Origin: Octopus bimaculoides
Lineage: Eukaryota
Assembly (NCBI RefSeq): GCF_001194135.2
Contig: NC_068982.1
Location: 107,773,874-107,837,873, forward strand
Direction: 5' to 3'
Length of the DNA: 64,000 nt
The notes beneath the pieces are model-generated. The model was given only the letters and a program-made list of their open reading frames with translations. It was not told the DNA's origin and did not search any database. Position numbers and translations under genes: made by a program. The stretch's first letter is position 1. Each line of letters begins with the position of its first letter. Shown in pieces: positions 25,635 through 38,541 of the stretch.

Positions 25635-25826
25635 AAGTATATTTGCCACCTAAATGTGGCCATCCCATATGGGACGATGCTACTGTAGTTTATAGCCCCA
25701 GGAAGACATCTCCTCCAGCTGCAGACAGTGTGTCGTTAGCCAGCTGGGGGAGATGTCTTCCTGGGGCTATAAACTACAGTAGTATCATCCCATATGGGTC
25801 AGCCACATTTAGGTGGCAATATACTT
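25635..25826. mobile_element. Foldback MITE-like element (near-perfect hairpin)
   Basis: An 87-nt arm (25635-25721) and an 86-nt arm (25741-25826) are near-perfect reverse complements around a 19-nt spacer. Related right arms occur near 32735-32826, 33205-33295 and 55906-55930. Confidence 0.8.
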
Positions 25827-27232
25827 CATAAACAAATATTGCTTTATGGATAGTGCAGAAATGTGCAAAAAATAAAAGGGACCCTAATGACCTTTGGTGT
25901 AATTCCAACTCTGCCAGCTCACAAATGGTTAAAATGAAGTAAACTACCAACAAGGTAAGGCATTTCTTAATCCTGAATTTTAAAAGAACAAACAGGAAAA
26001 TAATGGAAAAAGAAGGTATTTCATAATTTAGCTGTTCCTCGACAAAAACATCTTTCATGAAACTTACAGCATGAGATAATTATGAAGTAATGGGACAATT
26101 CATTAAATTTGGCAAACTAAGTTCTTATAGAAAATACTTGGAGTGGGACTGAAGAATGAAGTTTACCTCAATATCTTTGGAAATAATGGTAGTAAAGAGC
26201 TCGACTTGCAACATCAACAGAGTAGTTGCAGTGGTGAAAAGAACTTATCACAAGCTACACTACATATTCAATTCAACACTTTATATAAATGATCAGCAGA
26301 ACCAATCCAAATATGTAAACAGTACTACATTTTATAGCAGATTTGGTTCTTGTAAAGATACAATAGAGCTTCAGATGCTAGAAACATTTTTGAGTGTTTG
26401 AATGACTCCCATTATTCTAAGCACCACCTCAGAAACAAAAATAATGTTAGAGCTCCATCTCAAATCAGGGTTTAAGAACTACAGCTATCTAAACAAGGAA
26501 ACTCTTTCAAAACAGTCGTGGGATGAAGAGGAATTCCACAATAGTGGTAAAGAGAAATGAGGTTGCTATTGGAAGCATTAAATGTAACAAGCAATTTGTC
26601 TATTGCACAAACTCAGCCAGATTACTGGAAAGACCTGCTGCTAGTTTCAAATGTGTGATGTTCTTAGTGATGTACCATCAGCAAATATGTCGATAAAAAA
26701 TTTCATTACTTTACTGGAGCAAAGGGAAAAAAGAACACAGAATTACAGAAAGATTCCAAGGAAATGTTTACATTGATTTCATAAATGTCAGAGAACTGAC
26801 TGCTGATGCTAACTTACAGATTTCTTCTGATCAGAAATGATTTGATGGTGGAAAATATTTACTGTAGCCAGTCAAGCTATGAAGTAATCCTCTATCCCAT
26901 ACCTTGCAAAATTGTTTTAGTGATATCTAAGGCAACAACATACATCAAAGCTGCTATCTAGTGCACCAGTTAACCTATGAGTAATGATTGTCACTATATC
27001 AGCAATCAGGTATGGATTTGAGACCTAAGAGTCTATGCAAACAAAGAGAACTTCAAAGCTGTCAGGAATTCCACAATGATGGCAACATGAAACAAAGTTG
27101 GTTTGGAAGCATTAAATATATAAAATTTCAGTCCTCTGCTTATCATTGAGGAGAATGGCTTTATTCAAGTGGTTAATGATGTGTTTGTTAATGATGAACT
27201 CAAAGAGCTATTTTTGAAGCTTAGTGGTCTAT

Positions 27233-27443
27233 GGTGGTGAGTTGGCAGAATCGTTAGTATGCTGAGCAAAATGCTTAGTAGCATTTCATCCATTTTAATG
27301 TTCTGAGTACAAATTCCACCAAGGTTGACTTTGCCTGCCATTCTTTCAGGGTTGATAAAATAAGTACCAGTTGAGCTATGGGGGTTAATGGAATCAACAA
27401 GCGCCTACCCCAAAATTGCTGGCCTTGTGCAAAAATTTGAAAC
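27233..27443 (+). mobile_element. SINE family M copy
   Basis: ggtggtgagttggcagaatcgttag...caaattccaccaaggttgactttgcc...gggttgataaaataagtaccagttgag...gctggccttgtgc. Confidence 0.75.
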
Positions 27444-28258
27444 GAAGATGCTAAGCGGCCTATATTAAGATGAGAATGAAGGGTAAGATTCTAATATCAA
27501 AGTAAACTACATAAAAAAATTCATATCCTTTTTACATAAATGACTTAATAACATTTATTCAGAGGTGGAATACAAGCAATCTGCATGGTTATACATTAAC
27601 AACTCCAGCTGTTGTATACAAGAAAGACAATAGCACTGGTATGTGACACAAACAACAAAAGTTGAGTGTGGTGACAGTGAAAGAAAATGTAGCAGGAACT
27701 ACCAAGAAAGACACAGAGACAAATGGAGGATCTCCCGATGTTAGGTTGCCAAGATGAGATGATGCAAGATCAAAATTAATAGCAATCTGAAACAATGCAT
27801 ACCTGCTGAACAGATTTCAGAATAAGTAAAAGATATTAAAATGATTAGTCACAATATATATTGTAGATATATAAAATATACATATACACACACAAACACA
27901 TATGTATGTATGTATGTATGTCCCATGTCCTCCTGGGTCTCCCTCTTCCAGAATTTCCCACTACTTAAAGTGGAGGGAAGTTGTAGAAGAGACAGGAGTA
28001 TATGGAACAAAGTATTGAAGTATGCAGTTCTGAAGAAATACAAGAAATATTTACTAACCAGGAAGTGAGATACAGCAAAGATAAACAGAAGGATCAACAG
28101 ATGTAAGAAATAAAAAATATTTGTTTTCTTAATATTTAAAATTATTTTTCTGTATAGCTATTAAGTTTTGAGTTAATGCAGAAAAGTGGATTTTAAATTG
28201 TTAAACATAGTTAAATATTTATAGGATATATTGAATTTTTTTTTATATTCTACTTTAC

Positions 28259-28415
28259 CTTGAAGCATGCTTCTGTAAGCAGTATCTGTGATAGCGAAAA
28301 CATGTGGTGGTACTTCATGCCGTTTCTTGCCACGATAGAGTTCAATAACCTTATCCTGGTAAATAGGTAACCTCTTGTAAGGGTTCACCACAACACAGAA
28401 CAATCCAGAATATGT
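28259..28415 (-). CDS. MYH10-like: Non-muscle myosin II heavy chain, motor-domain exon (157 nt)
   Basis: Encodes [52 protein letters not shown] plus 1 nt. Acceptor ttttacttgcag and donor G|GTAAAG. Classic myosin II motor sequence; splices in frame to the 28-nt exon (G|AT = Asp). Confidence 0.97.
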
Positions 28416-30344
28416 CTGCAAGTAAAAATAGATAAATATTAAAGCATATGGCTTTTTTCATAACATCAAGGATTTTATTTAAACTATTTCAAAAAGTAAA
28501 AACTCAATTCCAGAACTTCTACAACACAATTTTTACAGATAATACTTTTTACTTTAACTAAAAAAAAAAAAAAATGGTGCTCTGCAGAGTATTTTGCATA
28601 TTTTAAAATAAGCCCCACCCCTTTATTTTTTTAGTCACATTTCTGAAACTTAGCCTATGTCCTCAGTCCTCCCCAGGTCACTTAAACTCTTCCCCAAGAA
28701 CTGAGTTTCTGTGTGAATATTTACTTCTATATATAGACAATCTTATAGATTATATTTTAGATAGAGAAGAGATACACACACCCACATTAGTGGCGAACAA
28801 CAAGAACAAGTACTCAACACCACATTGGTCGATTTCTTTTATATGTGGATTTTCAACACTACCTTAGGTTTCATGTACTACAAGTTCATTATTTTTATGC
28901 TTTTCCATTTGGGGATTTGGCTTTGAAACCATACCTTTACCAGAGAAAATACTTGTACACTATAAACATGTTAAGCAAAAATAGTTCTTGTAAAATAACT
29001 AAAACCCAAAATCAGGAATCGCTTTTCTATAAAATCAAGCACTCAAATCAATTTGCAGTAAGCAACTCCTTTCTTTTTTAATCACTACTATACTTTAGCT
29101 TATCAATTCTTTAAGGAACAAAAACCATGTCAGCTCAAGCTCTAAACTTGTTAGTGACAAGAATCACTTTTAGAACACTTTCTACTAATGCTAAATATTA
29201 AGATATACTTTGGTAAATAGTAGATAGTGTTTAATTATGCTGAAAATAATCTGCCAATATTCTTTCCAAAGAAAAAAAAAAATTAGTAGCTTAACAGAAA
29301 ACAAACGCCATATCTGATAACCTATAACTGAAGACAATAAATAAAGCAACCAATTCTCTGGTGGTAAAGAAATGGCTAAGTAACAGGAGGATGGTTTTAA
29401 CAAACAAAACTTTCAGAAAAGATATAATGAATATATTGTTCAAAGACTTTAACTAGTATACACAATTTTGAGTGATGGGCAGAGTGATAAAACTGAATTG
29501 ATAGGAAAGAAATGAAGTTAAAGCAAAAATAAGTAAAGAAGAAATAAAACAGAGACATGAAAGACAATAGAAATGAGATGAAAGCATAAAACTAAAGTAA
29601 CTGAACAAACAAATAAAAGAATTCACCAAGAAACTATTTGGGTTACCCATGGAGCACATTTCAACATAGGTAACCTCTGACACAACAATAATACACACCA
29701 TAAACAATACTGTTTTAACTATCATTAAGATGGAGCAATGTAACAAGCTAATTGCTAACTATAAAGTTTAATGGTTAGTTAGTTGCTTAATTTAAAAATA
29801 AATAAATAAAAAGAAAATATAAACTATCTCATTCTAACAAAAATACATTTGTTGAAATGCACATTTGAAACAGCACAAACCATTCACTGTGAAAACAGTT
29901 AAAGAAACATTTAACTGATAAATAAACAATGTTCACATTATTTCATCTAACATGTTCTCATCAAATTTGAATTTAAATTCATTTCAAGAGGAAAGGTATC
30001 CACACTGTACTGACAAGAAAGTAACACATTTTCCTTCTCTACTTCCATGCTAGAAACTTGAAAATTTCAAATAAAAAAACAGAAAATTGTTGCAAGACTG
30101 AATAAATAGATCTACTGTTCTGCATTGCACTTAACATATGAGAAAAGCCCCAAAGCTTATATCAAAACTCCTTTTATTAACCTAGACAAAACAGACTTAC
30201 AGAATTAAACCTAACCCAAAAGCGAAACTTAAATCAACTTTATTTGCTTAAGTCACATAAATGTATATCTATTTTCTAGAAGCATTGGTTGTACATCCTG
30301 CTAGAAATTGTAACCGATCAGCTGCAAATTTTACCACAGAATCT

Positions 30345-30759
30345 TAAAAAGGAAGGATGTGTTTTTCATAATTTAGTCCCAGATATTGACTGTATGGACA
30401 CAGCCGGGATATTTTTGATCACAAGTCAGCTCAGTCAGAGCTAAAGTGGGCTAAGCAACACCAACAATACTGGTAATCTTTGCGTAAAAATAATTCATAG
30501 GGCATTGTGCTTACAATTGCTAGATTGTGGGTTTGATTCCTGGACTGGGTGGCACATTGTGTTCTTGAGCAAAACCTTTCATTTCATGTTGTATTGTAAG
30601 CACAATACCCTATGAATTATTTTTATACAAAGAGTACCAGTATTGTTGGTGTTGCTTAGCCCACTTTAGCTCTGACTGAGCTGACTTGTGATCAAAAATA
30701 TTCCAGCTGTGTCCACACAGTGTCTGGAACTAAATTATCAAATACATCCTTCCTTTTTA
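30345..30759. repeat. Inverted duplication (arms of about 170 bp) around a SINE-head spacer
   Basis: 30345-30517 is the reverse complement of 30593-30759, including a perfectly matching stretch of about 65 nt (atttttgatcacaagtcagctcagtcagagctaaagtgggctaagcaacaccaacaatactggta). Confidence 0.9.
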
Positions 30760-31950
30760 TGAACAATGAAAATAATTCATAACTTCACTGTTCATTTTAC
30801 ATGACATCTTGTAAATGATAACTCCCTTCCTTCCATTCAATCAGAGTAGAAGAAAAGAGGATCACAACTGCTTAAGATATTTACTATAGACATCCTTGCA
30901 TTATAGAAGATTGCACTACTGAAAATCATGTGGGAAAATAGGTTTTATGTTCATATTACAGCAAAATTTCTAAGAGTGCAATGCTTCTGCAGCATGGGAG
31001 ATGCTGGTATTAACGAAAACTAATTTCTCATAATCAGCATTGACTGAAGGGCCTCTTAATTTGCTCCAGTTCACTAAGTTATCAAATTATTTAGTGGAAA
31101 TACAAGTGAGAGCATTTTGAATCATTAGATAAACTAGCTATACCAAATACGATGTCTAATGCACAGAACTNNNNNNNNNNNNNNNNNNNNNNNNNNNNNN
31201 NNNNNNNNNNNNNNNNNNNNNNNNNNNNNNNNNNNNNNNNNNNNNNNNNNNNNNNNNNNNNNNNNNNNNNNNNNNNNNNNNNNNNNNNNNNNNNNNNNNN
31301 NNNNNNNNNNNNNNNNNNNNNNNNNNNNNNNNNNNNNNNNNNNNNNNNNNNNNNNNNNNNNNNNNNNNNNNNNNNNNNNNNNNNNNNNNNNNNNNNNNNN
31401 NNNNNNNNNNNNNNNNNNNNNNNNNNNNNNNNNNNNNNNNNNNNNNNNNNNNNNNNNNNNNNNNNNNNNNNNNNNNNNNNNNNNNNNNNNNNNNNNNNNN
31501 NNNNNNNNNNNNNNNNNNNNNNNNNNNNNNNNNNNNNNNNNNNNNNNNNNNNNNNNNNNNNNNNNNNNNNNNNNNNNNNNNNNNNNNNNNNNNNNNNNNN
31601 NNNNNNNNNNNNNNNNNNNNNNNNNNNNNNNNNNNNNNNNNNNNNNNNNNNNNNNNNNNNNNNNNNNNNNNNNNNNNNNNNNNNNNNNNNNNNNNNNNNN
31701 NNNNNNNNNNNNNNNNNNNNNNNNNNNNNNNNNNNNNNNNNNNNNNNNNNNNNNNNNNNNNNNNNNNNNNNNNNNNNNNNNNNNNNNNNNNNNNNNNNNN
31801 NNNNNNNNNNNNNNNNNNNNNNNNNNNNNNNNNNNNNNNNNNNNNNNNNNNNNNNNNNNNNNNNNNNNNNNNNNNNNNNNNNNNNNNNNNNNNNNNNNNN
31901 NNNNNNNNNNNNNNNNNNNNNNNNNNNNNNNNNNNNNNNNNNNNNNNNNN

Positions 31951-31993
<43 letters not shown>

Positions 31994-31999
31994 GATAAT

Positions 32000-32189
32000 T
32001 ATCATCAGCATTTAACATTCACTTTTCCACATTTACATAGGTCACATGGAATTGGCTGAGGCAGATTTTCTAGTCAGATGCCCTTCCTATTGCCAACATT
32101 CACCTGTTTCCAAGCAGGCATGTTCATAATGAAAGACTGGAAATGAATAACATTGCAGTACAATGTGTTTAAGAAGTATGTGTTTCTAT

Positions 32190-32227
<38 letters not shown>

Positions 32228-32290
32228 GAATCTCTTGTCAAAGATAACATGAGTGTTGAGCTTATGCTGAATGAGCTGCACAAATGATTC
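32000..32290 (-). mobile_element. SINE family B copy
   Basis: atcatcagcatttaacattcacttttcc...gatgcccttcctattgccaac (RTE-like tail, reversed), with (CA)n core at about 32190-32225. Confidence 0.6.
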
Positions 32291-32485
32291 GTTTATAGTG
32301 ATCAAATGTATGTGTTGTACATCATCTCACTCCCTCCAACAAATTGACATTGTTTGTGCAGGTGCAAAAGTGTTCTACACATCAGATGCCAAAATGATTG
32401 CAGAACAACAGAAAATGAAAGATTTTGCTCAAGAACACAGCGTGCCATCCAGTCTAGGAATCAAACCCACAATCTAGCAATCGTT

Positions 32486-32826
32486 AGCAACAGTAACACC
32501 TCGTTCAGAGATTTAACATTGCTTGTTTTCACTTTTTCGATATCAGTGAATAACTTCACTGGAAAAAGACTTATATATTGCCAAGGGATTGTCATTCTCA
32601 TCAAAGGTCGGCGATTATCGTACGCTGAAGAAGGGAAATAACCCTGAATCTCGGGTCCGTACGTATCGCAGATCAAGATGGGAAGGATAACTTCCCTTGG
32701 CAAAAATAGACAGGACACAGATATGTGTCGATAAGCCATCTGGAGGAGATGTTCTCCTGGGGCTAAAAGCAACAGTAACATCCACCCTTAGGGGTCAGCC
32801 ACATTTAAATGGCAAATATACTTCAC
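32486..32826. mobile_element. Longer relative of the foldback MITE (single arm plus CpG-rich body) abutting (TA)n
   Basis: 32735-32826 matches the right arm and part of the spacer of the 25.6-kb hairpin. The block is repeated at about 32961-33323 across a gap. Confidence 0.6.
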
Positions 32827-33689
32827 TTTATATATATATATATATATATATACACCNNNNNNNNNNNNNNNNNNNNNNNNNNNNNNNNNNNNNNNNNNNN
32901 NNNNNNNNNNNNNNNNNNNNNNNNNNNNNNNNNNNNNNNNNNNNNNNNNNNNNNNNNNNNAGTAACACCTCGTTCAGAGATTTAACATTGCTTGTTTTCA
33001 CTTTTTCGATATCAGTGAATAACTTCACTGGAAAAAGACTTATATATTGCCAAGGGATTGTCATTCTCATCAAAGGTCGGCGATTATCGTACGCTGAAGA
33101 AGGGAAATAACCCTGAATCTCGGGTCCGTACGTATCGCAGATCAAGATGGGAAGGATAACTTCCCTTGGCAAAAATAGACAGGACACAGATATGTGTCGA
33201 TAAGCCATCTGGAGGAGATGTTCTCCTGGGGCTAAAAGCAACAGTAACATCCACCCTTAGGGGTCAGCCACATTTAAATGGCAAATATACTTCACTTTAT
33301 ATATATATATATATATATATACACCTCTATTAACACTATAGTGGATAACAGATCACAGCAAATAAAAGAAATTTAGATGGCTGCATCTTTATTACACTCA
33401 CTAAATTGATAGTTTAATTCAGAAGATTTAGGAGACCTGTATTTAGTTTCAGAGCATACCCTTCTACAACCTGAAACATATTTTAACCCAGTTTTAAACA
33501 GAGATGAGAAACATTTCAGGAATGCTATAATCCATTACTGATAATACTACATTACAACCACCAAGAAGACTTGTCACACTTGAATTCATTTTTCCAGTTA
33601 ACAGGGAGATAGAATTCAGAGCCTATGTACAAACTTAGAAGCTTCACTGACTATCTACCATAGTGCTTATGTCTTGATTTTTATATCAT

Positions 33690-34075
33690 TAATTTTAGCT
33701 TTTACTTGTTCCAGTTGTTGGACTGCAGCTGTGCTGGGGCACTGTTTTTAAGGATTTAATCAAACAAATCAACCCCAGTATTTTTCTTTAAGTCTGCTAC
33801 TTAGTCTATGGGTGTTTTTTTTTTTTTACTAAACTGCTAAGTGAAGGGGGACAAATTATCACTGGTTGCCAATCAGTAGTGGAGGACAAACACATCACAT
33901 ACACATATATACAAATATATGATAGGCTGCCACAAAGTTCCCATCAACCAAATTCACTCACAAGGCATTGGTCAACCCAAGGCTATAGTAAAAGATACTT
34001 GCTCAAGGTGTTGTGCAGTGGGACTGAACCGAAAACCACATTACAAATAGACCTTCTTAATCACACAACCTATAG
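33690..34075 (-). mobile_element. SINE family A copy
   Basis: Reverse-complement tail (tttacttgttccagtt...gctggggcactg), core, (CA/TA) centre and head (caaattcactcacaaggcattggtc...ggctatagtaaaagatacttgctcaagg). Confidence 0.7.
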
Positions 34076-35704
34076 ATGCCTATATCTGATTTATTGTGCT
34101 TGCATGAATTAAGCAACATAGAATTTAGAGACAATTGAAAACTTATGACTCTTATAGCTGGATAAACAACAATTTTTTAAAACTTCAATTTAATATCTGT
34201 GAAATCAATTGTTATACTTATAACCATAGTTACTTTCAAGACTGCACAAACATGATTACCAAGATAGGATATAATAGCTAACAGATTGCAAAACATTTTA
34301 AGGAAATTGCATAAATTGCTTAGCAATTATGACCCCCTTGGCTGGAATTCACTCACAGTATTACACCCTTACTTTATCCCCACTCCTATAAAAAAATTTT
34401 TAAAAACTAAGAATGTATTCCCATGCATCACTTCAGACTTCAGTGATCAGCAAACGGGAGGGAGGTATGGAACCTATCCTTGTACAGAAAAAAAAAAATT
34501 ACAAAAATTATCTTCAGAAATATTTAACTGAACACTCCTGTTCTAATGATAAGAAATGAGTGATAGATTGTGAAGTTTATTTAGAATAAAGAGATTAGTC
34601 ACTGTAGGAAATCTTAACAGATACTAGACACATTTGAAATATAACAAATGTTCAGTTGTCCCTTCCTCTTAACTAAACAAAAAGAAAAGAAAAACTACAT
34701 TCTGTTCCTGATGTCTTTATTTTTTGCATTTTTTTTTAATTTGGAAGACAAATAATGAAAGTCAAAATTCCAATTAATGTATTTGGGACAACAACAAAAA
34801 CCACATTTCTTATTGTAAAATCTTTGAAAGAATACTTTCGAACAGGATAAAGTATTCATAGGTATTCTAGATTAGACAGGACTCGAACATCAAAATATTA
34901 AGAATTACACAGTCTATAAGGAAACTATCTAGAACAGTTATAGCAGATGAAAAACATTAGCTACAAAATGCCACTAAAGTAAATAAAACAAAATTCTTCA
35001 TAAGTTTACACACTTTCAAAATAAAGAACAGAAAGTTATATTGAATGTCTTTTAATGAATCAGGTTTATAGGAAATAAAACATGAAAGATATATACTAAA
35101 CAGAGACAACTGAATTTAGTATATAAGCTTGATGACTTGCCTAAACAAAACCATCACTGTAATTTCACTCCATGAGAGTCAATAAACTACTCCAAGTAGG
35201 CCATTTCTCCTCCAACCACCAACGAAACATACAACACAGACAATGAATATAACAAAAACAACTTGCATAATTGTTTTAAATGCTCAATGTAGCCACTTCC
35301 AGTTAACAGAATCAACAACTAACAATGGCTATGCAATATAATGTGACAATAATTTCAAGTAACATACTCATATTCAAACATAAAACAAACATTTATCAAA
35401 CTCTTTCCCAAATTCAGTCAACACCAAGCAAAAATGGGCATAAAATGAAAAATACACACATTGTGCCTAGACATGGTCCTGAACCTCCTCTCATCAAACA
35501 CCAAAAAAAGAATATGAAAATGCCAAACTCAAAGAGCCTCTGGGATCATCAAAATAAAAAGTAGACAATAACAATAAACCTGGAAATAATTACTGAACTC
35601 GCTATCTTCAACATATCAAAGCGAGAAAGCCTCTATATGGTTGCTCTACTTGCTCAAAACAGACAAATCTCCACCAAATCAGTCCTTACTATCTTTAAAA
35701 AACT

Positions 35705-35747
<43 letters not shown>

Positions 35748-37630
35748 ATAGCAGTTGTACGCACACACGCAAACAAACAATCAATCAAATTAGCTGCAGC
35801 AACAAAAGCTATATCAAGTCCAAATTCTGAGTTGTTTGGCTATCTGCTACCATAGAATCTTAAAAATAAAAAAAATAATAAAATTGAGACTTAATTGAAA
35901 GCTAAAATTCTCCTCAGGAAACACAAGAGTCTCTGAAAATGTAAAAGCCATAGTAGAACAGCTGTCACAAACCCTGTTACATTACACCCTACACAGCAAC
36001 CAAAGATGGTATAATGTTCTACATGGCTCCAAGGAAGAGTAAAGTATGATTTTACTGGTAGTGCCCCAGCATAGTCGCAGCCTCAAGGCTGAAACATATA
36101 AAAGAATAACTCAGGGACTTAGATTGAAGAGCAATTTTCAGTTGGTTTTCACCATAGGTCTGTCCAGAACTCAGCAACAATTAAAAATAATCTACTAAAC
36201 AAAATTACTTGATATGACTTACTATAAATTGCAGTGTCTAAGTAGACTTTTTAAGTCTATGAAAATTGTTATTACACTAAATAATGACCTATATGCTCCA
36301 TATAAACCGCAAACATTTACCACTAAGTGGAACAACCAGCCTTACAGTCATTGCACATCACTTCCTGTAATTCCAGCCAAACTGCCAAAAATATGTTTTA
36401 TTAAAATCTGTTATTAAACTTAAGAGATTGCAGCTTAAATGAACGAAAACTATACTAAACAATGTTTCCAAAAAATAATACACTAGAAACCTCAAGACTA
36501 CAATTTAATATAATTTTTTTAAATGCTTTTTATGCAATTTTATCATAAAACAGTTTCTTTGTAATTAGTCTTCTGTTTTAACATCAAAATCTTTCTTTGT
36601 AAAATCAACACTATTTTACAGAAGCTTTAAATCTTTGCTATTTTTTTTTCCCACTTAAACGTTTGAGTGTGTATGCTAGCTAAGGTAACTGTTTAGTCAT
36701 TGACAATTTTCCTGATGTAATTTTCTAGTTCAAAATAATGACAGTTCTAACAGCACATTTATTCCCAAACATCTTAAAAGAGGTTTCACTTCCAGTCACA
36801 CAACAGTTTTCTTTATTCCATACATATTCACTGCAGCACCAATATTTAAAGAGTTTGAAAATGAAATACTTTTCAGTGTAAAACTAAAGAAATAGTTGGA
36901 GATCGCAGCCAAGAGGAAGAAATTTTGAGCAATTAAAAAAAATTGAATACATGAATATTAAACAGCTACAACTGATTAAGTAAGTCATGCTGGACTTTGG
37001 CTCCATAAAGTGTTCTTAGGATAGAGTGTTAGTAATGAATGGGTGTAAGCAAAATCATTTTCACTGTGGGGGACAGAGATCAGTAACAGATAATTTGTCT
37101 GATAATAGTTTAACACTGATGCTAATGGCATCATATTTGCAATAGCAAATTTCAGACAAGGCATAACAACAATCTATAATCATATATTATATGTAGTGGT
37201 ATGATCAGGGCATAATAACAGTATGCTGTGTATACCATTAACATTTTATTGAAAGTGCTAATTTTGGATTAAAAAGTGTTCACTGAAAGAACTTTACTAT
37301 TATATCTCAAGTCCATAATTTACAGTATAGTAAATGAAGGTTTTTAATAGTTGTTTGGTGACCTACATATAGATGATCCTATTGTCTAATTTACTTTTTG
37401 TAATTTCTTGTTAAATATGTAAGTTACTTTAAACAACAATACTTTAGTAAATGTGTGAGAGTTATGTTAAAGTGTACTATAATGTATCCATAGCCTTAAA
37501 TCTGTTCAAGAAAGGAACGTAGTAGATGAAATTATTGCATAGTTCCAGTTTCAGTTACATTTGGTCATTCATCAGTTCATAGCTTTAAAGTCCTTGGCAA
37601 AAATTTGTTTGGCAGTTCCCTCAACTGTTA

Positions 37631-37902
37631 GTGCCACACCCTAACAGTTGAGGGAACCCGTGGAAGAGGTAGGCCCAGGAAGACCTGGGCTGAGGTGGTG
37701 AGGCAAGACCTTCGTACATTGGGCCTCACCGAGGCGATGACTACTGACTGAGACCTTTGGAAATGTGCTGTGCGTGAGAAGACCCGACAAGCCAAGTAAG
37801 ATCGTTGCCAGTGCCCCTGGACTGGCTCTTGTGCGGGTGGCACATGAGATGCACCATTTTGAGCGTGGCCGTTGCCAGTACCGCCTGACTGGCTCCCGTA
37901 GG
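37631..37902 (+). mobile_element. RTE LINE ORF C-terminus and partial 3' UTR, ending in a gap
   Basis: gtgccacaccctaacagttgagggaacccgtggaagaggtaggcccagg closely matches 23589 onwards and encodes CHTLTVEGTRGRGRPRKTWAEVVRQDL. Confidence 0.85.
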
Positions 37903-38541
37903 NNNNNNNNNNNNNNNNNNNNNNNNNNNNNNNNNNNNNNNNNNNNNNNNNNNNNNNNNNNNNNNNNNNNNNNNNNNNNNNNNNNNNNNNNNNNNNNNNN
38001 NNNNNNNNNNNNNNNNNNNNNNNNNNNNNNNNNNNNNNNNNNNNNNNNNNNNNNNNNNNNNNNNNNNNNNNNNNNNNNNNNNNNNNNNNNNNNNNNNNNN
38101 NNNNNNNNNNNNNNNNNNNNNNNNNNNNNNNNNNNNNNNNNNNNNNNNNNNNNNNNNNNNNNNNNNNNNNNNNNNNNNNNNNNNNNNNNNNNNNNNNNNN
38201 NNNNNNNNNNNNNNNNNNNNNNNNNNNNNNNNNNNNNNNNNNNNNNNNNNNNNNNNNNNNNNNNNNNNNNNNNNNNNNNNNNNNNNNNNNNNNNNNNNNN
38301 NNNNNNNNNNNNNNNNNNNNNNNNNNNNNNNNNNNNNNNNNNNNNNNNNNNNNNNNNNNNNNNNNNNNNNNNNNNNNNNNNNNNNNNNNNNNNNNNNNNN
38401 NNNNNNNNNNNNNNNNNNNNNNNNNNNNNNNNNNNNNNNNNNNNNNNNNNNNNNNNNNNNNNNNNNNNNNNNNNNNNNNNNNNNNNNNNNNNNNNNNNNN
38501 NNNNNNNNNNNNNNNNNNNNNNNNNNNNNNNNNNNNNNNNN

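Noticed and set aside
29648-29677. 30-nt AG...GT candidate exon upstream of the 157-nt exon
   Set aside because: Would insert RLPMLKCAPW into an invariant part of the motor (GLIY-TYSG), and the splice signals are weak.
31091-32018. Long ORFs spanning N-runs (also 37628-38578, 57778-58635, 59146-59860)
   Set aside because: Produced by gaps translated as X and by TA repeats.
32491-33323. Direct duplication of about 360 bp across the 32857-32960 gap, including twin ORFs
   Set aside because: The copies appear identical apart from (TA)n length and flank a gap, which is typical of uncollapsed haplotypes or overlapping contig ends.
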